From assembly GCA_910583835.1 (NCBI GenBank), contig CAJTYM010000022.1, positions 26 through 64,025 of the forward strand: a DNA stretch of 64,000 bases, written 5' to 3'. Below, in pieces: positions 17,516 through 27,563 of the stretch (positions within the stretch are counted from its first letter, which is position 1; each line of letters begins with the position of its first letter). A model generated the notes under the pieces. The model did not search any database, was not told the origin of the DNA, and saw nothing but the letters and a program-made list of their open reading frames with translations. A program made the translations under genes and the position numbers. The stretch is from an uncultured Lachnospiraceae bacterium (GTDB lineage: Bacteria; Bacillota; Clostridia; Lachnospirales; Lachnospiraceae).

Positions 17516-19110
17516 AAAATAGGATCTCCTTCCTGTCTGTCTTTACAGAATTCCTCTATTACACAAGTATGTTCCTTTGTCACTTTGTCATAATTCACAC
17601 CTACCAACAACAAATTTCCCTGGTAATCTGATAGATTTTTACAATACTGCCTACGTTTTATCTGGCTGATTGCTCCTTCGGCTGTTTGATTCCATTTCAA
17701 TTCCACCACCAGCGCAGGTTTATCTGGAAATCTCTTCCGCGGCAGAAATACCATATCAGCAAAACCTTTGCCTGTAGGAAATTCCCTGTATATATGATAA
17801 TAATTCCTTGCTGCATAAAGCGCAAGGGAAATTGTATAACTCAATGCATTTTCATCATGGTACTGCAGATGGGAAGTCTCAAAATGTGCCTGTGTAATCC
17901 CTTCTGCCACTTGCTGCGGCTTTTTCTGCCAAATTGCCTGTAACGTTTCTGTTGAATGTTTCAACGCCTTTGACATTTCTCCCCATTGGGAAACGGAAAC
18001 TGCCGTCACATATTCTCCGCGAATTTCATTGTTGGGAATAGACACACATTTATGATAAAAATCATAACCTAAATATCCCAGATGTATCAGCAAGGTCAAT
18101 ACATCGTCTTTCGAATGGAATGTAGTCATGTCATTGCTGAAACTGCCGGTATTTACCGGCACAGATTCTCCCGCTATCATGCTCAGCACATCGTCTTTCA
18201 GCCCCTCAAAATTCATGTCAATATACATCCGCAAGGCTTCAAAGGTCTCCGTCTGATTCCAGTAGCTGTCGCAAATCCCCGATAACAGCGCTTCCACTAC
18301 AGATTTAGGGCTGTAAACAGAGTCTGCCTCTCCGAAATGGTAACCATCATACCATTCTTTCAATTCCAGCGGATTCATATGGTACCGTCTGCATAATTCC
18401 TCCACCTCTTCTTCTGTAAATCCGACATACTCTGCCAGCTGCCTGGGATTCATCATAGAATATTCAGAAAACATATTCAACGCGGAATGCGTTCCGTATT
18501 TCTTAATCGGTAAAATTCCCGTCATATACGCCAGGCAGATATTTTCCCTGTCTTTCAGCAAATCCCTGAGGAAATCGAGGTATTCCTCCTGCGCTTCTTT
18601 CCGCTCCTGATACCCTCGGAATATACAGTCCCACTCATCAATAATTACCACAAACGGACGCTTTGTATGCTGATATATATCCTGCATGGCGCTAATCAAA
18701 TCCGTCTTATCAAAGTATCTGATGTCAGGATACTCTTCCAACAATTCCCACAATACCCGCCGTCTGAGCAAATCCAGCATATCAGGTATCGATTTGGTCC
18801 TGCTTATAAATTCCTGCACATTAATAAATATCGTATCATACTGATTTCGGTGTTCCTTATACGATGGGTGTTCTGCAATCTCCAGGTTCTGAAAAATCTC
18901 ACCCGCATCACTTCCATAGCTATAATACGCTGCCAGCATTTCTGCCGCCATGGACTTGCCGAACCGCCTGGGACGGCTGACACATAGATATTTCTGCCTG
19001 GTTCCCAATACTCTATTGGCACATGCAATCAGTCCAGTTTTATCCACATAAATTTCAGAACACAAGGACTGTTGGAATTTTTCGATACCCGGATTCAGGT
19101 AAATGCCCAT
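17512..19110 (-). CDS. AAA-ATPase-like protein with a C-terminal PD-(D/E)XK nuclease domain
   Basis: YVDKT, RPRRFGKS, IIDEWD; C-terminal E...GKGFAD...VELK...QI..RQY. Confidence 0.88.
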   Translation of the reverse strand: MGIYLNPGIEKFQQSLCSEIYVDKTGLIACANRVLGTRQKYLCVSRPRRFGKSMAAEMLAAYYSYGSDAGEIFQNLEIAEHPSYKEHRNQYDTIFINVQEFISRTKSIPDMLDLLRRRVLWELLEEYPDIRYFDKTDLISAMQDIYQHTKRPFVVIIDEWDCIFRGYQERKEAQEEYLDFLRDLLKDRENICLAYMTGILPIKKYGTHSALNMFSEYSMMNPRQLAEYVGFTEEEVEELCRRYHMNPLELKEWYDGYHFGEADSVYSPKSVVEALLSGICDSYWNQTETFEALRMYIDMNFEGLKDDVLSMIAGESVPVNTGSFSNDMTTFHSKDDVLTLLIHLGYLGYDFYHKCVSIPNNEIRGEYVTAVSVSQWGEMSKALKHSTETLQAIWQKKPQQVAEGITQAHFETSHLQYHDENALSYTISLALYAARNYYHIYREFPTGKGFADMVFLPRKRFPDKPALVVELKWNQTAEGAISQIKRRQYCKNLSDYQGNLLLVGVNYDKVTKEHTCVIEEFCKDRQEGDPIL

Positions 19111-19219
19111 TCATCTCACCATCTTTCACCTCAAATTCCCAACTTCATTATATACAATATCCACGCGCATGAAAAGCATTTCTTTGAATTTATATCAGGC
19201 TCATTTCTTAAAAAATTCC

Positions 19220-21136
19220 CTACCCGGCATACTCCCCATATGTCCCCTTGGTATTGCGCTTCACCTCATAGAGCGCTTCATCCGCCTGTGCGAGCAGTTC
19301 GGATATCGCAGAATTATCATCCGCTGTCCAGGCAAATCCTGCAGAGGCGCTGATTGTCCTGGTCTCTGTGTCCGATAGGGCAATTTGGTTCTCATTCAGT
19401 TTCTCAAAAAAACCATTCAGGTATTTCACAATCTCATCCCTGTCCTGACAGGCAAAAACCATCATGCAGAATTCATCCCCCGAACGCCTCGCCGTCAGGA
19501 AATGTTCCCGCGGCATACTGCTCATGACTGAGGCAAACCCCTGCAGGTAACGGTCACCTACATCATGCCCAAATGTATCGTTGATGCCCTTGAAATAATC
19601 CAGATCCAGCATAACTACCGCACAAACTTCGCCGGCCTTGATGTCATGAACTTTCTCCTCTGCCAGCTGTTTAAAATGCTGGAATTTGTACAGACCTGTC
19701 AGCGGGTCATGGGTATTCTCATAACGCATCCGCTTTTTCTCCATGATATCCGCCGTGACGTCTGTGATAACGCCAAGCTTTCCTTCCAGAGATTCCGACA
19801 TATGGATCCGTACATACTTATCCTCATTGATTTGATAGACATCCGTCTCCCCCTCCATGGGATTAGCGGTAATTTTTTGGATATACGCGTCAAACTCATC
19901 TGCATTTTTACAGAACTCCGCAACCTCTTTATTGGAAATGCCAAGAAGCTCTCCCAATCCTAAGGTGACAAAGACGCGGTTGATTCCATTTTCATACTCA
20001 AATGCCGCCAAAGGAATGCCACTGATTTCAATAATCGCAGATATCCTGTTCGAGATGCTGACAATGCTCGTCACCATCGTGTTGATGCCTCTGCTAAGCT
20101 CCTCAAACTCACGGTTTCCCCCTACGGATACCGTAGTATCGAGATTGCCATCCGTGATGGAAGAAAGATTTTCGTTAATCTGATGGATGCCGTCAATTAC
20201 CTTGCTCCTGACAAGATAATTCAGCAGCAGGATGACAGCCGCTTCAATAAAGAGCAGGTAGAGGAGCGTGATGACAGTATTTTCCATCATCTTCTTCATC
20301 AAATCCTCTGCCGGCAGGGCAGCGCAGATTAAGACATCCTCATTCCTGCGGCTTACCACATACCTCTGCTTGCCATCCGTCCCTGTTTTATACGCGCCCA
20401 GCTCGCATTCCAAAAGCGAATCCAGCTGATAATACTGCCCCACAGAACCCTCTTGGGAATCCGATGAATGACCAAGAACCTCCCCCGTTTCACTGTCAAC
20501 GACAAAAAGTTCCTCCCCTACGTCTGTAGGAAATCTTGAAAACATATAATCGTAAGTATTCCTTGACTGCGCTTCCATCTGCCTCTTGGGTTCAAACCCA
20601 ACCTGGACAACGCCTTTCTGCCCTTTTCTTGCTACTCCTACATACTGCCTGATGATTCCAGCTGCTGCATTGGGCTGCGGCTCCTGAATCAGGTATGCAT
20701 CCTCATTATCACTCTCCAGGAGGTCAAGGAACGGACGCGTCTGCGCATGGTCCGCCATATCGATGCCGACATACTCCGAGACAGAAGCGGACACAATAAT
20801 CCCATTTTCGTCTATGACATGGAGTTCATCTACATCGAGCAGCTGTGCAAGATACTGCATCTTGGAGACATCCATGGCAACATCTTCCTGCCGGTCCACT
20901 ACATAAGCTGCCGCCCTCGCCCTGGTAAGGTAATCCTCGTCCAGGTTTCTTTTCAGCAAATCCAACTCTCTGCGGTTATTGTCAATCGTATGTATCACCT
21001 GCTCGATTTTCGCCTGAAAGCTGTTAAACTGCTGATTTTCCAAGCTGTGCTTGCTTAGCAGCACATTGATAATAAGAATCATAAGAATCGCCGATGTCAT
21101 GATGACAAACACATATTTGATAAATGTTTTCTGCAT
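19220..21136 (-). CDS. Membrane diguanylate cyclase (extracellular sensor, HAMP, GGDEF domain with SGDEF)
   Basis: DPLTGL, DLDYFKGINDTFGHDVGD, RRSGDEF and ADEALY. Confidence 0.88.
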   Translation of the reverse strand: MQKTFIKYVFVIMTSAILMILIINVLLSKHSLENQQFNSFQAKIEQVIHTIDNNRRELDLLKRNLDEDYLTRARAAAYVVDRQEDVAMDVSKMQYLAQLLDVDELHVIDENGIIVSASVSEYVGIDMADHAQTRPFLDLLESDNEDAYLIQEPQPNAAAGIIRQYVGVARKGQKGVVQVGFEPKRQMEAQSRNTYDYMFSRFPTDVGEELFVVDSETGEVLGHSSDSQEGSVGQYYQLDSLLECELGAYKTGTDGKQRYVVSRRNEDVLICAALPAEDLMKKMMENTVITLLYLLFIEAAVILLLNYLVRSKVIDGIHQINENLSSITDGNLDTTVSVGGNREFEELSRGINTMVTSIVSISNRISAIIEISGIPLAAFEYENGINRVFVTLGLGELLGISNKEVAEFCKNADEFDAYIQKITANPMEGETDVYQINEDKYVRIHMSESLEGKLGVITDVTADIMEKKRMRYENTHDPLTGLYKFQHFKQLAEEKVHDIKAGEVCAVVMLDLDYFKGINDTFGHDVGDRYLQGFASVMSSMPREHFLTARRSGDEFCMMVFACQDRDEIVKYLNGFFEKLNENQIALSDTETRTISASAGFAWTADDNSAISELLAQADEALYEVKRNTKGTYGEYAG

Positions 21137-21248
21137 AAGACCACATCGCTTTCTGCTTAATATTAATTTAATTGCCCTGATACAAAATCCAGGTTATATT
21201 ATATCATTTCCTCTTGTTCTATTAATTCCTATTTTTTCACAAATTAAC

Positions 21249-22535
21249 CTAAATTTTCGCAAAAAGCATCATATGGAAAATACCAGCTTCGCAGTAGCAG
21301 CCAATGTTTCCTCCTATTTTATCTGAGAATGCCTGTACGCTCTGCATTCCCAGCCCATGCCCATGTCCGGCCCTACTTCGCGGAAATCCAGTGTGCGCGT
21401 CAAAGAGTATCTCCTTCTCATATTCATTCTGTACATGGATGAGCACATGGTCCGCGGCGCAGTCAATTTTCGCCTGCACACGCTTTTCTTTCACCTCAAA
21501 TTCCTCTGCACACCTTATGGCATTTTCCAGAAGATTGGCAATTACAGCAGCGAATTCATAGTCATTAAACGGAAGTTCCCGCGGCACCGATACTTCCGTC
21601 TGCACGTAAACACCCGATTTATGCGCCCTCTCCAGCAAATGGGAAAGAATGGAATTCGTAATCAGGTTATCACAGTATTTGATGATTTTATTCTCATCCG
21701 AAATCGCATTTACATGTTCAATCAGCTTCCTGATTTCATCATACTCGCCTTGTTCCAGCAGGGAATCAATTATGCCGAAATAATGCCGCATGTCATGCCG
21801 CAATATCTTAAGATTTCGTTCTGTCTGTTCTACCAGGCAATACTGCCCTTCCAGCCCCTTTATATAGGAAGAAAAAAACACATTTTTCCAGTAAATCCCG
21901 AATCGCTCCGATTCGCTCTGCAGATACCTCAACACCACTACATAGGATATGAACATCGTCAGGATAAACAGGATAACGCTGGGAATATTCTGGGGATTGT
22001 CCTCAAGCGTATAGGGGAAATATACGAGACTGGAAAACCCACAATAGAAAAATACCGGAATCAGGCAAAGTTTCCACCATCCTTGCATGGATTCCCTGTC
22101 CTGATAGCGAATCCATATCTCCCTGATTCTGACATACAGGATTGCCAGAATTCCCGCATGAACCGCAATGCTGCCAGCCATGGTAATAAACATACTTCCC
22201 GTCCAAATATGCAGGATTGTTGCCGTTACGCCTCCCGCGATTACATAATTGGAGGCGCTGAGGCTCATAAACAATGCCCTGCTGTCCCTCTTCTTGGAAA
22301 TCAACAGGCTTGTAAGCTGCGTCACCAGTATCTGGAACACCGTCAGCACGGCACAGGATAAAAAGTTGTCTGCTAAAACATTAAACTGCAGATAATCCGT
22401 TATGCCCAGAGCCAGGAATGCCAAAAAGCAAATACCTGCCGTCTTCACCTTAGAATAACGGTGTTCGATAAAAAGATATATAAACAGCATCAGAAATATA
22501 TGGCTTATCAGAAAAGAAACATTTCTATAATACAT
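21249..22535 (-). CDS. Membrane sensor histidine kinase (AgrC/VirS-like, GHKL)
   Basis: Multiple TM segments, RHDMRH H-box, NLLENAI N-box and HGLGMQSV G-box. Confidence 0.88.
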   Translation of the reverse strand: MYYRNVSFLISHIFLMLFIYLFIEHRYSKVKTAGICFLAFLALGITDYLQFNVLADNFLSCAVLTVFQILVTQLTSLLISKKRDSRALFMSLSASNYVIAGGVTATILHIWTGSMFITMAGSIAVHAGILAILYVRIREIWIRYQDRESMQGWWKLCLIPVFFYCGFSSLVYFPYTLEDNPQNIPSVILFILTMFISYVVVLRYLQSESERFGIYWKNVFFSSYIKGLEGQYCLVEQTERNLKILRHDMRHYFGIIDSLLEQGEYDEIRKLIEHVNAISDENKIIKYCDNLITNSILSHLLERAHKSGVYVQTEVSVPRELPFNDYEFAAVIANLLENAIRCAEEFEVKEKRVQAKIDCAADHVLIHVQNEYEKEILFDAHTGFPRSRAGHGHGLGMQSVQAFSDKIGGNIGCYCEAGIFHMMLFAKI

Positions 22536-22546
22536 CTGTCTGCCCC

Positions 22547-23281
22547 CTACATATAACACTCCGAGATAAACAGGAGATATTGGCGCTTTACCTCCGCCGC
22601 CCTGGTCTTACTGACAGGAATCCGCCTGCCGCTCTCCATCAGAATATTTCCCTGTTCTAACTTTTTAATATGATTCATATTGATAAGGAATGATTTGTGA
22701 ACCCGCAGAAAACTTCTGTCCTCGGCAATTTCCCTGATTTCCTCATCAAAGGATTTCCTTATGAAAATACTTTTCACCGTTTCCTGGTCTGTCAGAAAAA
22801 CATTGAGCATACGCGAATAATTTTCAATATACTCTATCCTGGAATACGGCACCAAAACCGTCCCCTGCTTTGTCTTTACCGGGAACAGGATTTCCTCATT
22901 TGCCTTGTGATAGGACAAGGCAAAATCCATCGCCTCAAAAAAATCCTTTTCGCTGACTGGCTTTAACAGATAACGCGCAGCATGTACCCCATATGCCTCC
23001 AAAGCAAAATCGTCCGAGGAGGTAAGGTAGATAATAACGCCCTTGCTGCCCACTGTGCGCAGCAAGCTGCCTATATCAATTCCTGTCTTCTCGGACATAA
23101 TCATGTCCAATACATAGATATCCGCCAGCTCTCCCCTGGAAATTCGCTCATATAATATGCAGGCATCCGAGAATTTCTCTAGTTCAAAACGGATGCCTGC
23201 ATTAGATCCCTTATACTTTTCCAGCAGCTTCTCCACATTCTGTAAATCCCTGATGCAATCATCGCAGATTACTACCTTCAT
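22547..23281 (-). CDS. LytTR-family response regulator
   Basis: ICDD, LDMIM, YLLKP receiver domain; FLRVHKSFLIN LytTR domain. Confidence 0.92.
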   Translation of the reverse strand: MKVVICDDCIRDLQNVEKLLEKYKGSNAGIRFELEKFSDACILYERISRGELADIYVLDMIMSEKTGIDIGSLLRTVGSKGVIIYLTSSDDFALEAYGVHAARYLLKPVSEKDFFEAMDFALSYHKANEEILFPVKTKQGTVLVPYSRIEYIENYSRMLNVFLTDQETVKSIFIRKSFDEEIREIAEDRSFLRVHKSFLINMNHIKKLEQGNILMESGRRIPVSKTRAAEVKRQYLLFISECYM

Positions 23282-23360
23282 AATAACTTTTCCGCTGCCG
23301 CATATCCGGGCAGCATGCTCCTTTCACTATTAGGGAAACGCTGATTAAATCAGTATTTCC

Positions 23361-24764
23361 TTAGATTATGGTGAGGATTCCCACTGATTTGAGCAGCAGG
23401 ATAACCAACAATACCGGCGCAATATATTTTACCATTACAATATAGAGCCCGCGTCTGCCAAATTTGGCTCCGCCCTTCTCCACCTCATCGACAATGGTTT
23501 TGGGCTTTATTATCCAGCCGACCAGGATACAGGTGCCGATTGCCACCAACGGCATGAACAGGTTATTGCTGAGGTAATCCATAATATCAAGAATCTGCGC
23601 GGTTGCGCCATTGGGCAGCTTAAATTCAAAGTACCACTTATTATAACCAAGGCACACGGCAATCCCGCCGATAAGCGCAATGCCCATCTCAATAAGCGAT
23701 GCTTTCAGCCTGGACAGATGAAACTTGTCCATCAGACTGGATACCACTGCCTCCATTACGGAGATAGCGCTTGTCAGCGCCGCAAACAGTACCATGGCAA
23801 AAAACAGGCAGCCAATCACATTTCCCACCTTGCCCATCGCCGCAAATACTTTGGGCAGTGAGACGAACATCAGGCTGGGGCCGGAAGCTTCCATACCCTC
23901 CCTGCCCATAAAAGTGAACACTGCCGGAATAATCATGACGCCGGCAAGGAATGCCACCACCGTATCAAAAATCTCAATCTGGTTGATGGAACGCACCAGA
24001 TTGTCATCATCTTTCACATAGGAGCCATATGCCACCATAATTCCCATGGCAACGCTGAGGCTGAAAAACAGCTGCCCCATGGCGTCCAAAAGCACAGTAA
24101 AAAATCCTTTTACCGTGAGCCCGCTGAAATCGGGCACTACATAAATCTTAAGCCCCTCAAGCCCGGTCCTGGTAACGCCCTCAGCATCCGTATGGGAAAT
24201 CGTCAGTGAAAATATGGCAATTCCCAGCACAAGCAGAATCAAAACCGGCATCAATACCTTAGAAAACTTCTCAATGCCATTGTTGACGCCGAGAATAATG
24301 ACAATGGATACCACGGCAAGGAATATCACCAACAGCACCATCGGGGAAACCTCCTGGGTGATAAAGCCCGTGAAATAATCATCACCTGCTGCCTGCAGCC
24401 CCTCGCCCGTGAGGAATGCAAGAAAATATTTCAGCACCCAGCCGCCGATTACACAGTAATACGGCAGGATGATAATTGGTACCAGACAGGCAAGCACTCC
24501 CAAAAACCCCCACTTAGACTGCAGCTTGCTGTATGCGGTCAATGGGCTCTGCTTGGTCTTCCTGCCAATCGCAATCTCCGTCACCAGCAGCGTAAAGCCA
24601 AATGTCAGCGCAAGGATTAGATAGATGACAAGATACAGCCCGCCGCCGTCTTTCGCCGCCAGATAAGGAAATCTCCAAATATTCCCCAGTCCCACGGCGC
24701 TCCCGGCGGCCGCAAGGACGAAACCTATTGAGCCTGAAAATGAATTTCTTTTTTGTTTCTCCAT
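23361..24764 (-). CDS. Sodium-dependent transporter (NSS/SNF family)
   Basis: GSAVGLGNIWRFPY signature; QLFFSLS; GGAGG RBS before ATG 24764. Confidence 0.93.
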   Translation of the reverse strand: MEKQKRNSFSGSIGFVLAAAGSAVGLGNIWRFPYLAAKDGGGLYLVIYLILALTFGFTLLVTEIAIGRKTKQSPLTAYSKLQSKWGFLGVLACLVPIIILPYYCVIGGWVLKYFLAFLTGEGLQAAGDDYFTGFITQEVSPMVLLVIFLAVVSIVIILGVNNGIEKFSKVLMPVLILLVLGIAIFSLTISHTDAEGVTRTGLEGLKIYVVPDFSGLTVKGFFTVLLDAMGQLFFSLSVAMGIMVAYGSYVKDDDNLVRSINQIEIFDTVVAFLAGVMIIPAVFTFMGREGMEASGPSLMFVSLPKVFAAMGKVGNVIGCLFFAMVLFAALTSAISVMEAVVSSLMDKFHLSRLKASLIEMGIALIGGIAVCLGYNKWYFEFKLPNGATAQILDIMDYLSNNLFMPLVAIGTCILVGWIIKPKTIVDEVEKGGAKFGRRGLYIVMVKYIAPVLLVILLLKSVGILTII

Positions 24765-24963
24765 AATTTCCTCCACTCCTTCTGAAATAATATACTCTCT
24801 ATTGTACTGGCTTTTAACAGATTTTACAATCATAACTTTCCAAAGTTTGGATTTTTTGTAAGAGAATCACAAAAAATTATGTCGTAAAATCATGGAATAA
24901 GTGGACATTTTATTACAGATTTGTTAAAATACAATTTATCAAAAGCAAAGGAGAGTAAATGAA

Positions 24964-26904
24964 ATGAATGAGAACAAAGATTTCAAACCTTTTGTTCCCG
25001 CCAACAAGACGATGCCGGAATTCACGGTGACTTCCATTATCCTCGGAGTCATCCTGGCCATTATGTTTGGCGGAGCAAATGCATACCTCGGCCTGCGCGT
25101 GGGCATGACGGTATCCGCATCTATCCCGGCAGCGGTATTATCCATGGGAATAATCCGCGTAATTTTAGGGAAAGAATCCATACTAGAGAATAACATGGTG
25201 CAGACCATCGGTTCTGCCGGGGAATCTGTGGCAGCGGGCACGATTTTCACCTTGCCTGCACTGTTCCTCTGGGCTTCCGAATGGGGTACTTCTTCCCCAT
25301 CGCTGGTAGAGATTGCCGTGATTGCATTTATCGGCGGCGCGCTCGGCATCCTGTTCATGGTTCCCTTAAGGAAAGCATTGATTGTGCAGGAACATGGCAC
25401 GCTTCCTTACCCGGAAGGAAAGGCATGTGCCGAAGTGCTGATGGCAGGTGAGCAGGGCGGAGCCAAAGCCTCTACCGTATTTGCCGGCCTGGGCATTGCT
25501 GCTGGCTATAAATTTATCACCGATGGCCTCAAAGTATTCCCCAGCGAGGTACATTACGAGATTCCGGCATACAAAGGCTCCGGTATCGGCATGGACGTGC
25601 TTCCAGCGCTGTTGGGCGTTGGCTATATCTGCGGTCCCAAGATTTCTTCTTACCTGTTCTGCGGCGGTATGCTGGGTTGGTTCGTACTGATGCCTTTAAT
25701 CGTACTGTTTGGCGGCAATATCGTCATGTTCCCGGCAGACGTCACTATCGCGGAGCTCTATGCTGACGGCGGTTCTTTCGCCATCTGGACAAACTACATC
25801 AAATATATCGGCGCCGGAGCCGTTGCCTGCGGCGGCGTTATGAGCCTGATTAAATCACTGCCCTTAATTATCAAGACTTTCCGCGAAGCCATGAAAGGGT
25901 TCGGCAAAGGCGAGGTTACAGATGAGCGCACAAATCAGGATTTAAATATCAAGGTTATCCTTATCGGCATTGCCGTCCTGACGCTTGCCATCTGGCTTGT
26001 GCCGGTAATCCCCATCAACTTATTTGGAGCATTCCTGATTGTCATCTTCGGTTTCTTCTTTGCCACAGTCTCCTCGCGAATGGTAGGCCTTGTGGGAAGC
26101 AGCAACAACCCTGTTTCCGGCATGACAATTGCCACGCTGTTAGTTGCCACCATCGCTTTAAAGGCAACCGGCATGACCGGACAGCCCGGCATGATTGCCG
26201 CTATCGCTATCGGCGGCGTTATCTGTATCGTTGCAGCAATTGCCGGCGACACTTCCCAAGACTTAAAGACCGGTTACATCTTAGGCGCAACGCCTAAGAA
26301 ACAGCAGATTGGTGAACTTGTAGGCGTATTCGCTTCCTCCCTTGCCATCGGCGGCGTCCTTTATCTGCTGCACATGGCATGGGGTTACGGTACGCCGCAG
26401 CTCCCGGCTCCTCAGGCAACTCTGATGAAGATGATTGTGGAAGGCGTTATGGATGGCAACCTGCCCTGGACCCTGATATTTGTCGGCGCATTTATCGCCA
26501 TTGTCGTAGAAGTCCTCGGTATTCCGGTGCTGCCATTTGCCATCGGTTTATATCTGCCCATCCATTTGAGCACACCGATGATGGTCGGCGGTATCGTGAA
26601 ATTTATTGTCGATGAGAAGAAGAATGCCAGTGAGAAAGAGAAAAAAGATGCGGATGCCAACGGTATCCTCTTCTCCTCCGGCCTGATTGCCGGAGAAGGC
26701 CTGGTAGGTATCCTGCTCGCTGTCTTGACAATCATCCCTGTTAACGGCAGCAACGTCGGCGACATTATCGCCTCCGCATTGCCAGGGATGATTCCCATAC
26801 TTACGAATGCTAACTTCGGCAATATCGTTGGGCTGATTGCTTTTGCACTGCTGACGTTATCCCTGTGGTCTTTCTGCTACCGCAATGTGAAGAAAGCAAA
26901 ATAA
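24964..26904 (+). CDS. OPT-family oligopeptide transporter
   Basis: NAYLGLRVG, ENNMVQT, LPYPEG, SNNPVSG, QDLKTG and APQA motifs. Confidence 0.92.
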   Translation: MNENKDFKPFVPANKTMPEFTVTSIILGVILAIMFGGANAYLGLRVGMTVSASIPAAVLSMGIIRVILGKESILENNMVQTIGSAGESVAAGTIFTLPALFLWASEWGTSSPSLVEIAVIAFIGGALGILFMVPLRKALIVQEHGTLPYPEGKACAEVLMAGEQGGAKASTVFAGLGIAAGYKFITDGLKVFPSEVHYEIPAYKGSGIGMDVLPALLGVGYICGPKISSYLFCGGMLGWFVLMPLIVLFGGNIVMFPADVTIAELYADGGSFAIWTNYIKYIGAGAVACGGVMSLIKSLPLIIKTFREAMKGFGKGEVTDERTNQDLNIKVILIGIAVLTLAIWLVPVIPINLFGAFLIVIFGFFFATVSSRMVGLVGSSNNPVSGMTIATLLVATIALKATGMTGQPGMIAAIAIGGVICIVAAIAGDTSQDLKTGYILGATPKKQQIGELVGVFASSLAIGGVLYLLHMAWGYGTPQLPAPQATLMKMIVEGVMDGNLPWTLIFVGAFIAIVVEVLGIPVLPFAIGLYLPIHLSTPMMVGGIVKFIVDEKKNASEKEKKDADANGILFSSGLIAGEGLVGILLAVLTIIPVNGSNVGDIIASALPGMIPILTNANFGNIVGLIAFALLTLSLWSFCYRNVKKAK

Positions 26905-26955
26905 TTGCCGCCGTACGGCACAAGCCGGACAGCGCAAATAGTTAAAGGAGCATCC

Positions 26956-27303
26956 GTGAGCAAAACAAAGAAAAATTTTATGGATTTCATTCCCATCTGC
27001 AATCCCATATATACCTGGGATGCAGACAAAAAAGGCATAGTCACCGTCCATGTAGAGAACCGGGGCTTTTACAACTGGATTGCACAGAAAGTCTTCAAAC
27101 GCCCCCGCACCAGCCATATTTCTCTGGACAAATACGGAAGCTATGTCTGGCTGCAGATGGACGGCAAACGCAATGTGCATGACATTTCAAAGCTTGTGGC
27201 AGCGCAGTTTGGCGAGGAGGCGGAGCCTCTGATTCCACGGCTTGTCAAATATATCCAGATTCTGTACCAGAATAAGTTTATCGGATATGTAAAAAAGATT
27301 TAG
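26956..27303 (+). CDS. PqqD-family (RRE-like) small protein
   Basis: LDKYGSYVWLQMDGKRNVHDI...FGEEAE winged-helix pattern; AAGGAG then GTG at 26956. Confidence 0.75.
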   Translation: MSKTKKNFMDFIPICNPIYTWDADKKGIVTVHVENRGFYNWIAQKVFKRPRTSHISLDKYGSYVWLQMDGKRNVHDISKLVAAQFGEEAEPLIPRLVKYIQILYQNKFIGYVKKI

Positions 27304-27331
27304 TTATTTCTATTTTGGTAGATACCAATAT

Positions 27332-27377
27332 TATAGTGCCAGTTTCACATCGCTTTGTGATGTGAAACTGGTATATA
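27332..27377. repeat. REP-like palindrome or terminator
   Basis: GTGCCAGTTTCACATCGC-TTT-GTGATGTGAAACTGGTAT. Confidence 0.7.
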
Positions 27378-27563
27378 AAACTTCTTTAGATTCTTGAATT
27401 TCTTCCATTGTCTCCAGTAAACGCAGTATTGCAGCGCCATCCCAAACACATCAAATGTCTGATTATAAAATGAGGAAACAGAAAATGTATTGTTAATTTT
27501 ATTAGGTTTGCTATAATAATGGTATCGTAACACAAAGTAAAATTTTATACAGAGAGGGAAGAT

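Noticed and set aside
21357..22361. Long antisense ORFs (also 14252-15136, 35914-36633, 37729-38415, 58108-58896, 3740-4369)
   Set aside because: They are shadows of well-supported genes on the opposite strand, with no motifs or RBS
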